NCBI RefSeq assembly: GCF_009914755.1
Contig: NC_060925.1
Source of the DNA: the human T2T-CHM13v2.0 reference genome, Homo sapiens
Length of the DNA: 64,000 nt
Strand: one strand, 5' to 3'
The stretch's first letter is position 1. Each line of letters begins with the position of its first letter. The position numbers were made by a program, and so were the translations under genes. Positions 1 through 15,000 of this stretch are shown here, piece by piece. A model generated the notes under the pieces. It made no database searches, was not told the DNA's origin, and saw nothing but the letters and a program-made list of their open reading frames with translations.

Positions 1-3000
1 CCACTCCATTCCATTCCACTCCATTCCACGCCACTCTAATCCATTTCACTCCACTCCACTCCATTCCAATCCAATCCACTCCACTGCACTCTACTCCATT
101 CCATTCCATTCCAATCCAATCCATTCCACTCCATTCCAACCCTTTCCATCCCACTCCCTTCCTTTCTATTCCACTCCACTCTATTCCACTGCAGTCCACT
201 CCACTCCACTCCACTCCACTCTATTCTTCTCCTATCCACTCCACTACACACCACTCCATTCCATTCCAATCCATTCCATTCCACTCTATTCCAATCCAAT
301 CCACTCCATTCCATTCCACTCCATTCTATTCCTTTTCACTCGACTCCTGTCCATTCCACAGCACTCCACTCCACACCAGTCCTTTCCACTCCACTACACT
401 CCATTCCTTTCCCCTCCTCTCTATTCCACTCCATTCCACTCCACTTCACTCCACTCCATTCCATTCCATCCCAGGCCATTTCGTTCCATTCCACTCTATT
501 CCATTCCACCCCATTCCACTCGAATCCATTACATTCTTCTCGACACCACTCCAATCCACTCCACTCCTCTCCATTGCGTTCCGTTCCACTCCACTCCACT
601 CCAATCCACTCCACTCCATTCCATTCCATTCCATTCCATTCCACTCCACTCCATTCCATTCCATTCCATTCCACTCCATTCCGTACCATTACACTCCAAT
701 CAATTACACTCCACTCCATTGAACTCCACAACATTCCATTCCATTCCTGTCCATTCCATTCCACTCTAACCCATTCCGTTCCACTCCACTCAATTCCACT
801 CCATTCCATTCCACTCCACTCCACACCACTCCACTCCAGTCCACTCCATTCCATTCCACTCCTTTCCATTCCATTCCACTCCACTTCACTCCACTCCATT
901 CCACTCCATTGCACTCCATTCCATTCCATTCCACTCCATTCCATTCCACTCCACTCCATTCCACTCCTTTCCACTACATTATATTATATTCCACTCCACT
1001 CCACTCCATTCCACCCCATTCCACTCCATTGCACTCCTTTCCATTCCATTCCACTCCATTCCATTCCACTCCACTCCATTCCACTCCATTCCACTCCATT
1101 CTATTTAACCCCACTCCACAACTCTCCACTAGTCTCCACTCCACTCCACTCCATTCCATTCAACTCCATTTCATTTCATTCCACTCCACTCAACTCCACT
1201 CCATTCCACTGCGGGCCATTACTTTCCACTCAACTCCATTTCATTTTGCTCCACTCGATTCCACTCCATTAAACTCCATTCCATTCCAGTTCACTCCACT
1301 CCTCTGCATTGCATTCCACTCCACTCCATTCAATTCTACTCCATTCCACACCACTCCATTCCATTCTATTCCTTTCCGTTCCATTGCACTGCATTCCTTT
1401 CCATTCCATTCCACTTCTTTACACTCCATTCCACTTCACTCAACTCCTTTCTAATCCAGTTCACTCCATTCCATTCCCTTCTATTGCTTTCCCTTCCATT
1501 CCATTCCATTCCATTCCACTCCACTCCATTCCATTCCACTCCACTGCACTCCATTCCACTCCACTCCACTCCATTCTGCTCCACTCCACTCGACTCCACT
1601 CTATTTCACTCCTCTCCACTCCATTCTTCCTACTCCACTCCATTCCACTCCAATCTACTCCATTCCACTCCACTCCATTCCATTTCACTCCACTCCACTC
1701 CATTCAACTCCACTCTACTACTTTCCATTCCACTCCACTCCATTCCATTCCACTCCACTTCTTTCTACTGCATTCCTCTCTAATCCAATCCATTCCACTC
1801 CTCTCCATTCCATTCCACTCCACGAAAATCCCTTCCACTCCAATCCACTCCATTGCACTCCACTCCATTACATTCAACTCCACTCCACTCCTTTCAACTC
1901 CACTCCACTAAATTCCATTCCACTCCACTCCACTCCATTCCACTGCACTCCACTCTATTCCATTACACTCCATTCCACTCTGCTCCACTCCACTGTAGTC
2001 AATTCCAATCCACTACATTCCTTTCCATCCCACTTCACACCACTCCATTCCACTACACACCATTCTACTCCATGCCCCTTCACTCCATTCCATTCCAATC
2101 CATTCCATTCTATCACACTGCATTCCGTTCCATTCCAATCCCCTCAACTCCACTCCACTCCACTCCATTCCACTCCAATCAATTCCATTGCATTCCAATC
2201 CACTCCATTACATTCTACACCACTACACTCCATTCCACTCCACTCCTTTCCACTCCATTCCATTCCACTGCATTCCATTCCACTCCATTCCACTCCATTC
2301 CATTCCAATCCATTCCACTCCACTCCACTCCTTTCCACTCCACCCCACTCCAATCCACTCCACTCCACTGCACTCCACTCCATTCTATTCCATTCCAATC
2401 TATTCCATTCTACTCCATTCCAATTCATTCCACTCCATTCCATTCCACTGCAGTCCACTCTTCTCCACTCCATTCCACTCCTCTCCACTCCACTACACAC
2501 CACTCCATTTCATTCCATTCCAATCCATTCCATTCCACTCCATTCCAATCCAATCCTTTCCATTCCATTCCACTCCATTCTATTCCATTTCACTCCACTC
2601 CACTCCATTCCACAGAACCACACTCCACTCCACTCCTTTCCACTCCACTCCACTCCATTCCATTCCCCTCCACTCTATTCCACTCCTTTCCACTCCACTT
2701 CACTCCACTCCATTCCATTCCATTCCATTCCACTCTATTCCATTCCACACCATTCCACTTGGCTCCAATCCATTCCACTCCACGCCACTCCACTCCACTC
2801 CATTGCACTCCGTTCCAGTCCACTCCACCCCAATCCACTCCACTGCATTCCATTCTGTTCCATTCCATTCCATTCCTTTGCACTCCACTCCAAAACATTC
2901 CATTCCATTCCATTCCATTCCGTTCCATTACACTCCACTCCATTCCACTCCACTCCATTAACCTCCACAACATTCCTTTCCATTCCTGTCCATTCCATTC

Positions 3001-6000
3001 CACTCTAACCCGTTCCATTCCACTCCACTCAATTCCACTCCATTCCTCTCCATTCCATTCCACTCCACTCCACACAACTCCACTGAAGTCTGCTTCATTC
3101 CATTCGATTCCATTCCACTCCTTTCCATTCCATTCCACTCCATATCTCTCCACTCCATTCCTCTTCACTCCATTCCATTCCATTCCAGTCCACTGCATTC
3201 CATTCCATTCCACTCCATTCCATTCCATTCCATTCCATTCCATTCCATTATGTTCCTTCTCATTCCATTCCATCCAACCCCATTCCATTCCATTCCATTC
3301 CATTACACTCCACTGAACTCCATTCCACTTCACTGCATTCCATTCCATTCCATTCCATTCCACTCCTCTCCAATCCATTCCTTTCCATTCTGCTCCATTC
3401 CTTTCCACTCCTGGTCACTCCACTTCACTACACTCTATTCCATTCCTCTACCCACAACTGCACTCCACTCCACTCCTTTAGAGTTCACTCCACTCCCCTC
3501 CACTTCGCTACTTCCCACTCCACTCCATTCCATTCCATTCCACTCCATTCCATTCCTTTTCAATCCTCTCCACTCCTTTCCTCTCCACTACTGTCCATTC
3601 CACTCCACTGCATTCCACTCTTCTCCATTCCATTCCATTTCATTCCACTACACTGAATTCGACTCCATTACATTCCACTAGAATTCATTCCACTCCATTC
3701 CACTATAATCCATTCCTCTCAACTCCAACCCAGTGCACTCCACTCAAATCCACTCCACTCCAACCCACTCCGTTCCACTCCACTCCAGTCCAATGCACTC
3801 CACTCCACTCCATGCCATTCCACTCCATTCCATTCCGTTCCATTCCTTTCCACTCCACTGCATTCAATTCTACTCCAATCCATTCCACTCTATTACATTG
3901 CATTACACTCCACTCCACTCTACTTCATTCTATCCCATTACATTCCATTACACTTCATTCCATTCCATTCCATCCCACTGCACTGCATTCCTTTCCAATC
4001 CACTCCACTCCTTTCCACTACAGTCCACCCCACTCCATTCCCTTCCATTCCACTCCGTTCCATACAACACCATTCCACTCCATTCCGTTCAGCTCCACTC
4101 CATTCCACTCCACTCCATTCCACTACACTCCCGTCAAATCCACTCCATTCCACTCCACTCCATTCCATTCCATTCCCCTAAACTCCATTCCCCTCCACTA
4201 AACTCCACACCACTAAATTCCTTTCCACTCCACTCCACTCCACTAAATTCCTTTCCACTCCACTCCACTCCATTCCATTCCATTCCATTCCTTTCAATTG
4301 CACTCTACTTCATTCTAATGCTCTCCACTCCATCGCACTCCCTTCCACTCCATTCCATTCCACTCCACTCCATCCACTCCATTCCATTCCATTCCTCTCC
4401 ACTTCACTCCACTCCACCCCATTCCATTGCATTCCACTTCACTCCACTCCACTCCAGTGCATTCCATTACATTACATTCCACTCTCCTCCACTCCATTTT
4501 AGTTCACTGCATTCTACTCCACTCCATTCCACTGCACTCCACTCCATTCCATTGCATTCCACTCCATTCCACTGCACTCCACTCCACTCCATTCCATTGC
4601 ATTCCATTCCATTCCATTCCATTCCACTCCACTCCGCTCCACTCCATTCAACTCCACTTCACTTCCTTCCATTCCATTCCATGCCATTCCATTCCATTCT
4701 ATTCCACTCCACTCCACTCCATTGCATTCCACTCCATTCAACTCCACTCCATTCCATTCCATTCCATTCGACTCCACTCCATTCCACTCCACTCCATTCC
4801 ATTCCTCTTCACTCAATTCCATTCCACTCCATTCCTTTCCACTCAACTCCATTCTACTCCACCCAACCCACTCCATTCCACTTCACTCAAGTCCCATACA
4901 GTACAATCTTCTCCACTTCACGCCACTCCATTCAACTCCCCTCCACTCCATTCCATTCCACTCCACTCCATTTCACTCCACTCCATTTCACTCCACTCCA
5001 CTCCATTCCACTCCACTCCATTCCATTCCATTCCAATCCACTCCATTCCATTCCATACCATCCCATTCCACTGCACTCCACTCCACTCCAATTCATTCCA
5101 CTCCACTTCGCTCCATTCCATTCCATTCCATTCCATTCCATTAAAAACCACTCCATTCCATTCCATTCCGCTGCATTCAATTCTACACCCTTCCATTCCA
5201 CCCTATTCCATTCCATAACACTCCACTACACTCTACTTCATTCTATTCCATTGCATTCCATTCCACTCCATTCCATTTGTTTCCATTCCACTGCACATCA
5301 TTCCATTCCATTCCACTCCACTACATTCCATTCCACTCCACTCTACTCTATTCCCTACCATTCCACTCCACTCCATTCCATTCCACTCCATTCCACTCCA
5401 CTCTGGTCCTCTCCACTCCATTCCATTCCACTCCATTCTATTTCAATCCATTCCCCTCCAATCCATTCCCATCCATTCCACTGGACTCCAAACCAATCCA
5501 TTCCACTCCAATCTGCTCCACTCCACTCCACTCCATTCCATTCCATTGCATTCCACTCCTTTCCATTGCACTCTACTTCATTCCATTCCACGCGACTCCA
5601 TTCCACTCCAATCCACTCAATTCCATTCCACTACACTCCACCCACTCCATTCCATTCCACTGCTCTCCACTTCACTCAACTTCACTCCAGTCCATTGCAT
5701 ACCATTACATTCCACCCTATTGCATTCCACTCAACTCCACTCTATTCCACTCCACTCCGTTTCATTCCACTCCATTCCATTCCATTCCTCTCCATTCCAT
5801 TCCACTCTACTCCACTCCACTCCACTCCACTCCATTCCATTCCACTGCATTCCCTTCCATTCCACTCCACTCCATTCCATTCCTTTGCATTCCATTCCAC
5901 TCAATGCTATTCCACTCTAATCCATTCCATTCTGTCCCATTCCATTCCATTCCATTCCATTTTGTTCCACTCCATTCCATTCCATTCCACTCCTCTCCAT

Positions 6001-9000
6001 TCTATTCTACTCCACTTCAATCGATTCTATTCCATTCCATTCCATTCCTTTCCTTTCCATTCCCTTCCATTCCATTCTATTCCATTCCATTCCCCTCCAC
6101 TCCATACCATTCCATTCCATTCCACTCCACTCCATTCCATTCCACTGCATTCCACTCCCCTCCACCCCACTGCATTACCCCCTCTCCATTTCAATTCTCT
6201 CCATTTCAATACAGTCCATGCCATTCCATTCAACTCCACTCCATTCCATGCCACTCCACTAAATTCCATTCCCTTTTACTCCACTCAAATCCATTACACT
6301 CCATTCAATTAAACTCCACTCCATCCCTCTGCAATTCACTGTGATCAACTCCAATCCATTCTATTCCACTTCTCTCCATTCCACTCCATTCCATTCCTAT
6401 CCACTCCACTACACTCCCCTCCATTCCATTTCATTCCATTCCATTACATTCCCATTCATTCCATTCCATTCCATTCCGTCCATTTCCATTCCATTCCGTT
6501 CCATTATATTTCTCTCCATTGCATTCCATTCCATTCCACTCCATTCCTTTTCATCCCATTCCATTCCAATCCATTTCGTTCAACTCCTGTCCATTCCAAT
6601 GCACTCCACTCCAATTCATTCCATTGCATTGCATTCCATGCCACTCCATTCCAATCCATTCCATTTCATTCAATTCTTTTCCATAACACTCCAATCCATT
6701 CCATTCCATTCCTTTCCAATCCATTCCATTCCATTCCATTCTGTTCCACTGCTCTCGATTCCAATCCATTCCCTTCCACTCATCTTCTCTCCATTCTACT
6801 CCACTCCACTCCATTACACTCCACTCCACTCCATTACACTCCACTCCATTCCATTCCATTCCACTTAATTCCATTCCATTCGCCTCCTTTCCATTCCTTT
6901 CCACTCCACTCTTTTCCAATCCATTTCATTCCAATGCACTCCATTCCATTCCATTCCATTGCACTCCATTCCATACCACTCCACTCCATTCCACTCCACT
7001 CACTCCATTCCACTTCATTCCTTTCCATTTTATTCCATTCCATTCGACTCCACTCCATTCAACTACACTCTTCTATTCCACTACACTCAATTCCATTCCA
7101 CTCCATTCCATTCCATTCCACTAAACTCCATTCCATTCCACTCCACAACTTACCACTCCATTCCACTCCATTATATTTGACAACACTCCACACCAGTCCA
7201 CTCTATTCCACTTCACTCCACTGCACGCCAAGCCAAGCCATTCCATTCCATGACATTCCAATCCATTCCATTCCACTCCATTCCATTCCACTCCACTCCA
7301 TTCCTTTCCTATCCTTTCCCTTCCACTCCATTACATTCCATTGCACTACATCCTATTCCACTACATTACAATCCATTCCACTCCATTCCATTCCACTCCA
7401 CCCCACTCCACTCCACTCCATTCCGTTCCGTTCCGTTCCATTCCATTCCATTTCATTCCATTCCATTCCACTCCATTCCATTCAACTCCAATCCTTTACA
7501 TTCCATTCCATTCCATTCCATTCCATTCCTTTCCATTCCATTAAATTCCATTCCATTCCATTATTTTCCACTCCATTCCATTCCATTCCACTCCATTCCA
7601 TTGCACTGTACTCCATTCCATTCCACCCCACTCCAATCGATTCCATTCCTTTCCATTCTGTTCCTTTCCAGTCCATTTCCCTCTACTCCATTCCGTTCCA
7701 TATCATTCCACTCCACTCCATTCCATTCCCCTGCATTCCACTCCATTCCATTCCATTCAGTTCTACTCCATTCAATTCCAATGCACTCAACTCCATTCCA
7801 CTCCACTCCACTCCATTCCATTCCATTCCAATCCATTCCCTTACACTCCACTCCATGCCATTCCACTTCTCTCCATTCCACTCCAGTCCATTCCACTCCA
7901 GTCCACTCCACTCTACTCCACTCCACTCATTTCCATTCCACTCCACTCCATTCCACACCACTCTAGTCAACTCCATTCTACTCCAGTCCGTTCCACTCCT
8001 TTCTACTCCATTCCATTCTTCTCCACTCCATTTCATTCATCTCCCCTCAATTCCATTCCATTCCATTCCATTCTACTGCAGTCTATTCCATTCCACTCCC
8101 CTCCACTCCTTTCCACTCCATTCCACTCCATTCCATTGCATTCCGCTGATTTCAACAACCCTCCACTCCACTCCACACCACTCCATTCCACTCCATTCCA
8201 TTGCATTCCGCTCATTACAACTCCCCTCCACTCCACTCCACACCACTCTTTTCTGTCCCAGACCATTCCATTCCATTCACCTCCAATCCATTTTATTCCA
8301 CTCCATTAAATTCCATGACACTCCATTCCATTTCATTCCACTGCATTCCATTCCACTCCATTCGATTCCACTCCATTGCATTCCACTGAATTCCTCAGTA
8401 TTCCACTCCACACCATTACACTCGACTTCACGTCACTCCATTCCTCCACACTCCATTCCATTTCACTCCATTCCATTCCATTCCATTCCACTGTATTTCT
8501 TTCCAAACCGTTTCATTCCATTCCATTCCCCTGCAGTCCATTCTATTCCACTACACTGCAATTCATTCCATTCCATTCCATTTCATGTCATTCCATTCCT
8601 CTCCACTCCAATCCACTCCATTCCATTCCTTCTATTCCATTCCCCTTCACTCTATTCCACTCCTATCCATTCCTTTCCTTTCCAATCCATTCCATTATAT
8701 TCCTATCCATTCCATTCCGTTCCACTGCTCCCCATTCCACTCCGTTGAATTTCACTAATCTCCAATCCACTCCACTCCATTCCATTCAATTCCACTCCAC
8801 TCCGTTCCACCACACTCCACTACACTGCACTCCACTCCTTTCCATTCCATTGCAATCCATTCCATTTCATTCCACACCACTCCATTCCATTCGACTCCAT
8901 TCCATTGTCGTCCATTCCACTCCACTCCACTCCCTTCCATTCCACTGCAATCCATTCCGTTCCATTCTATTCCATTCCACTCCATTCCATACCAATCCAC

Positions 9001-11214
9001 TCCATTCATCTCCACTCCCTCCATTCCACACCATTCCATTTCATCGCATTCCATTCCATTCGACTGCACTACATTCCACTCTACTCCACTACATTCCACT
9101 GCATGGCATTCCTTTCCATTCCAGTCATTTCCATTCCATTCAACTCCACTCCATTACATTGTACTCCTTTATATTCCATTCTATTCCACACCACTACGCT
9201 ACACTCCATTCTATTCCACTTTACTCCATTCCATTCATTCCATTCCATTCCATTCCATTCCATTCCATTCCATTCCATACCATTCCATACCACTCCACTC
9301 CACTCCACTCCAATCCCTCCATTCCACTCCATTCCATTCAATTCCATGCCATTCTTCCCATTCGACTCCACTCCATTCCACTCCACTCCATTCCATTACA
9401 CTCCACTCAATTCCATTCCACTGCATTCCATTCCATTATATTCCAAACCACTTCATTCCATTCCACTCCACAATTTACTACTCCATTCCACTCCATTCCT
9501 TTCCACAACAGTCCACACCACTCTCCTCCACTTCACTCCACTCCACGCCATTCCTTGCAATTCCATTCCATTCCATTCCATTCCATTCCATTCCTTTTCA
9601 CTCCACTCCATTCCTTTCGAATCCATTCCATTCCACTCCATTCCATACCATTGCACTACATTCCATTCCATTCATTTCCATTCCATTCCATTCCACTCCA
9701 TTCCATTCTAATCCAATGCATTTCATTCCTCTCCCCTCCATTCCATTCTGTTCCATTCCATTCCATTACACTCCATTCCTCTCCACTTCATTCCACTCCA
9801 CTCCATTCCACTCCACTCCACTCTGTCACTCAACTCCATTACAATCCATTCCACTCCACTCCACTCCATTCCCCTTCACTCGACTCCATTCCACTCCACT
9901 CATTTCCATTCCACTCCAATTTATTCCACTGCATTCCATTATATTCCACTCCATTCCACTCCATTCCACGAAACTCTACTCCACCCCATTCCATTCCATT
10001 ACATTACATTACATTACATTTGTTTCCACTCCATTCCTTGCCATTTCACTCCAATCCACTCCATTCCACTACATTCCATTTCACTCCACTGCATTCCATT
10101 CCACTCCACTGCAGTCCATTCCATTCTGTTCCTTTCCACTCAATTCCAGTTCACTCCGCAACATTCCACTCCACTCCATTCCATTCCACTCCAATCCACT
10201 CCATTCCACTCCAGTAAACACCACACAACTCCACTCCACTCCACTCAATTCCATTCCACTCCATTCCATTCCATTTCTCTCCACTCCAATGCATTCCACT
10301 CCACTCCATTCCAATCCACTCCATTCCATTCCATTCCTCTCCATTCCATTCCATTCCACTGCATTCCACTCCAATCCCCTCCATTCCATTCCACTCCACC
10401 ACACTCCACTACACTCCATTCCGTTCCATTCTATTCCAATCCATTCCATTTCATTTCATCCCACTCCTCTCCATTCCGTTACACTCCACTCCACTCCATT
10501 CCACTCCATTACATTCCACTCCACTCCACTCCATTCCACACCACTCCATTCCATTCCACTCCATTGCACTGCTTTCATTTCCACTCCACTCCATTCCATT
10601 CCACTGTTCTCTATTCCACTCCGTTACATTCCGCTCCACTACAGGCCACTCCACTTCATTCCACTACACTCCACTCCATTCCACTCCAACCAAATCCATT
10701 AAATTCAATTCCATTCGATTCCACTCCATTACATTGCACTCCCCTGCATTTCATTCCAATCCATTCCATTCCATTCCATTCCACTTCACTTCACTCCGTT
10801 AAATTCCACACCACTCCACTCCACTCCACTCCACTCCGTTCCTTTACACTCCAAGCCATTACACTCCACTCCATTAGTTTCCATTCCATTCTAGTCCATT
10901 CCATTCCACTCCACTCTTTTCCACTCCACTGCAATCCACTCCTCTCCACTCCACTCCATTCCACTCCACTCCATTCCATGCCATTCCATTCCACTCCATT
11001 CCACTCCACTCCATTCCACTCCACTCCATTCCATGCCATTCCATTCCACTCCATTCCATTCCACTCTACTTCATTCCATTCCACTCCCTCCTTTGCACTC
11101 CATTCCACTCCATTCAATTCCACTCCACTCCTTCCACTGCACTCCATTCCTTTCCATTCCATTCCATGCCATTGCATTCCATTCCGTTCCTCTCCACTCC
11201 ATTCCATTCCATAC

Positions 11215-11430
11215 CACTCCACTGCATTCCATTGCATTTCATTCCATTCCACTTAAATACACTTCATTCCATTCCATTCCATTCCATTCCACTCCTCTCC
11301 ATTCCATTCCATTCCATTCCATTCCATTCCACTCCACTGCATTCCATTGCATTCCATTCCATTCCACTTAAATACACTCCATTCCATTCCATTCCATTCC
11401 ACTCCTCTCCATTCCATTCCATTCGATTCC
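11215..11430 (+). repeat. 115-bp tandem duplication in the degenerate domain
   Basis: ACTTAAATACAC at 11251 and 11366, with matching flanks (ACTGCATTCCATTGCATT before, ACTCCTCTCC after). Confidence 0.85.
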
Positions 11431-11699
11431 ATTCCATTTCATTCCATTGCACTCCATTCCATGTCATTGCACTCCATTCCACTCCACTGCACTCCATTGC
11501 ACTCCACTCCACTCCATTCCACTTCACTCCATTCCATTGCATTCCAATCCATTCCATTCCACTCCACTCCACTCGAATCCATTCCATTCCACTCCACTCC
11601 ATTCCACTGCAGTCTAATCCATTCCATTCCACTCCACAAGATTCTACTGCACTTCAATCCATTCCATTCCACTACACTCCTCTCCATTCCACTCAATTC

Positions 11700-12090
11700 C
11701 ATTCCGTTTCACCCCACTGCATTGCACTCCATCCCATTCCACTCCACTCCATTCCTTTGCACCCCAGTCCATTCTATTCTATTCCACTCCATTCCATTCC
11801 AATCCTTTCAATTCCTTTCCACTCGATTCCATAAAATTCCACTCCATTCCATTCCACCCCACTCCACCCCATTCCAGTCCGTTCCATTCCATTCAATTCC
11901 ACTCCACTCCACTCCATCCCATTCCACTCCACTCCATTCCTTTGCACCCCAGTCCATTCTATTCTACTCCACTCCATTCCATTCCAATCCTTTCAATTCC
12001 TTTCCACTTGATTCCATAAAATTCCACTCCATTCCATTCCACCCCACTCCACCCCATTCCAGTCCGTCCCATTCCATTCAATTCCACTCC
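11700..12090 (+). repeat. 185-bp tandem duplication in the degenerate domain
   Basis: CCTTTGCACCCCAGTCCATTCTATTCTA at 11754 and 11939; CCATAAAATTCC at 11829 and 12014. Confidence 0.85.
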
Positions 12091-15000
12091 ACTCCACTCC
12101 ATGTCACTCCATTCCACTCCAATCCGTTCCACTCCACTCTACTCCACTCCACTCCTTTCCATTCCATTCCATTCCCCTCCAATACACTCCACTCCATTCC
12201 ATTCCATTACACTCCTCTCCATTCCATTCAATTTCTTTCCATTCCATTCCATTCCATTCCATTGCAGTCCACTCCATTTCATTACACTACATTCCACTCC
12301 ACTGCACTCCATTGCACTCCACTCCACTCCACTTCAATCCATTCCATTGCATTCCATTCCATTCCATTCCACTCCATTCCATTCCCCTCCTTTCCTTTCC
12401 ATTCCACTCCACTCCACTCCAATCCATTCCATCCCTCTCCAAACCATTCCACTCCACTGCAATCCATTCCATTCCACTACACTCCACTCCATTCCACTCC
12501 TTTCCACTCCATTCCATTCCATTGCACCCCACTGCATTGCACTGCACCCCATTCCACTCCACTCCATTCCATCCATCTCCACTCCGCTCCACTCGACTCC
12601 TTTCCATTCCATTCCGGAACAATCAACTCCACTCCAATCCACTGCAATCCATTCCATTCCTTTCCACTTAATTCCATTCCACCCCGCTCCATTCCAGTCC
12701 ACTGCACCACATTCCATTCCATTAAATGCCTTTCCACTCCATTTAATTCCATTCTAATCCACTCCATTCCATTCCACTCCATTCCACTCCACTCCATTCC
12801 ATTCCATTACATTCCACTCCACTCCATTTCATTCCACTTCACTCCATTTCATTCCACTGCATTCCACTCCATTCCATTCCATTTCACCCCACTCCACTAA
12901 ATTACATTCATCTCCATTCCATTCCATTGCACTACACACCATTCCACACAATTGCATTCCATTCCATTCCAATCCAATCCATTCCATTCCACTCCTTTCC
13001 ATACCATTCCACTCCACTCCATAACACTGCATTACATTACACTCCACTCCTTTCCATTCCACTGCACTCCATTCATCTTCATGCCATTAGAGTCCACTCC
13101 ATGCCACTCCAATCCCCTCCATTCCATTCCATTCTATTCCATTACTCTCCTTTCCATTCCATTCTTTTCCATTCCACTCCATTCCTCTCCATTTCATTCT
13201 AAACCACTCCAATCCCTTCCAGTCCATGCAACTCCATTTCATTCCATAACACTCCAATCCATTCCCCTCCACTACGTTCAACTCCGTTTCACTCCGCTCC
13301 ACTCCATTCCATTCCACACCACTTCACTCAACTCCACTCCACTACATTCTAGTCCACATCACTCCTTTCCATTCCACTCCACTTCATTGCAATACACTCC
13401 TCTCCATTACCCTCCAGTCCACTCCATTCCACTCCCCATCATTCCATTCCATTCCATTCCATTCCACTCCACTGCATTCCATTCTAATCCAACCCATTCC
13501 ACTGCACTCCACTCCACTTCACCCCACTCTATTCCTTTCCCCTCCATTCCATTCCATTCCATTACATTCCATGACATTCCACTCTATTCCATTCCACTCC
13601 ATTCCATTCAACTCCACTACGTTCAGTTCCAACTCCAATCCATTCAACTCCATTCCATTTCATTCCACTCCACTCCACTCCACTCCACTCCACTGCATTC
13701 CATTCCACTCCACTCCAATCTATTCCATTCCACTGCATTCCATTCCATTCCACTCCATTCCATAGAATTCAACTCCATTCCATTCCACTCCACTACACTT
13801 CACTCCATTCCATTTCCTTCCTTTCTATTCCACCCCATTCCATTCCATTCCATTCCATTCCATTCCATTCCATTCCATTCCATTTCATTCCACTGCATTC
13901 CACTGCATTCCATTCCATTGCAATTCACTCCACTCAACTCCCTTCCACTCAACTCTATTACATTCCATTGCACTACACTGCATTCCACTGCATTGCATTC
14001 CGTTCCACTACAATCCATTCCATTCCATTCCACTCCATTCCATTCCATTGCACTCCACTCCACTCCATAACACTCCGTTCCATTACAGTCCACTCCATTC
14101 CATTCTTATGTACTCCGTTTAACTACACGATATTATAGCCCACTCCACACTTCTCCACTTCACTCCTTTCCGTTCCATTCCACTCAACTCCATGCCACCC
14201 CGCTCCACTCCATTCCATTCCACTCCATTCAATTCCATTCTATTCCACTCCATTCTATTCTATTCAATTCCACTCCACTCCATTCCACTCCACTGCACTC
14301 CATTCCACTCGAATTCATTCCACTCCACTCCATTCCATTTCATTCCACTCCACTACACTCCATTTAACTCCACTCTATTCCAGTCCCATCCTTTGCCCTC
14401 CACTCCATTCCAGTCCAAGCCAATCCACTCCACTCCTTTCCATTCCACTCCACTACACTCTATTCTATTCGAATCCAATTTCTGCCATTCCATTGAACTC
14501 CACTCCATTCCATTCCACTCCACACCATTCCACTCCACTCCACTCCACTCTGTTCCACTCCACTCCATTCAATTACATTCCATTGCACTCAACTCCATTC
14601 CATCCCATCCCATTCCACAGCACTCCACTCCATTGCACTCCACTCCATTCCATTCCATTACGTTGCATTACACTCTAGGCCATTCCACCCCATTCCATTC
14701 CAATCCACTCCATTCCATTCCACTCCACTCAACTCCACTCCATTCCATTTCATTCCATTCAATTCCAGTCCATTCCATCCCATTACAGTCCATTCAATTC
14801 CATTCCATTCCACTGCATTCCATTCTAATCCATTCCATTACACTGAATTGCATTCCAGTCCACTCCACTGTATTTCACTCCATTCAAATCCATTCCTTTT
14901 CATTCAATTCCACTGCACCCCACTCCATTACTTTCCTTTCCCTTCCATTCCACTCCATTGCACTCCATTCCTCTCCATTCTATTGCTCTCCACTCCACTC

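Noticed and set aside
3733-6312. 859-aa ORF and the other long + strand ORFs (487-651 aa) of HSIPF/HSTPL repeats
   Set aside because: (CCATT)n and (CCACT)n contain no stop codon in any frame, so long ORFs arise automatically. Overlapping frames give the same pentapeptide, with no domain, no unique sequence and no gene context.
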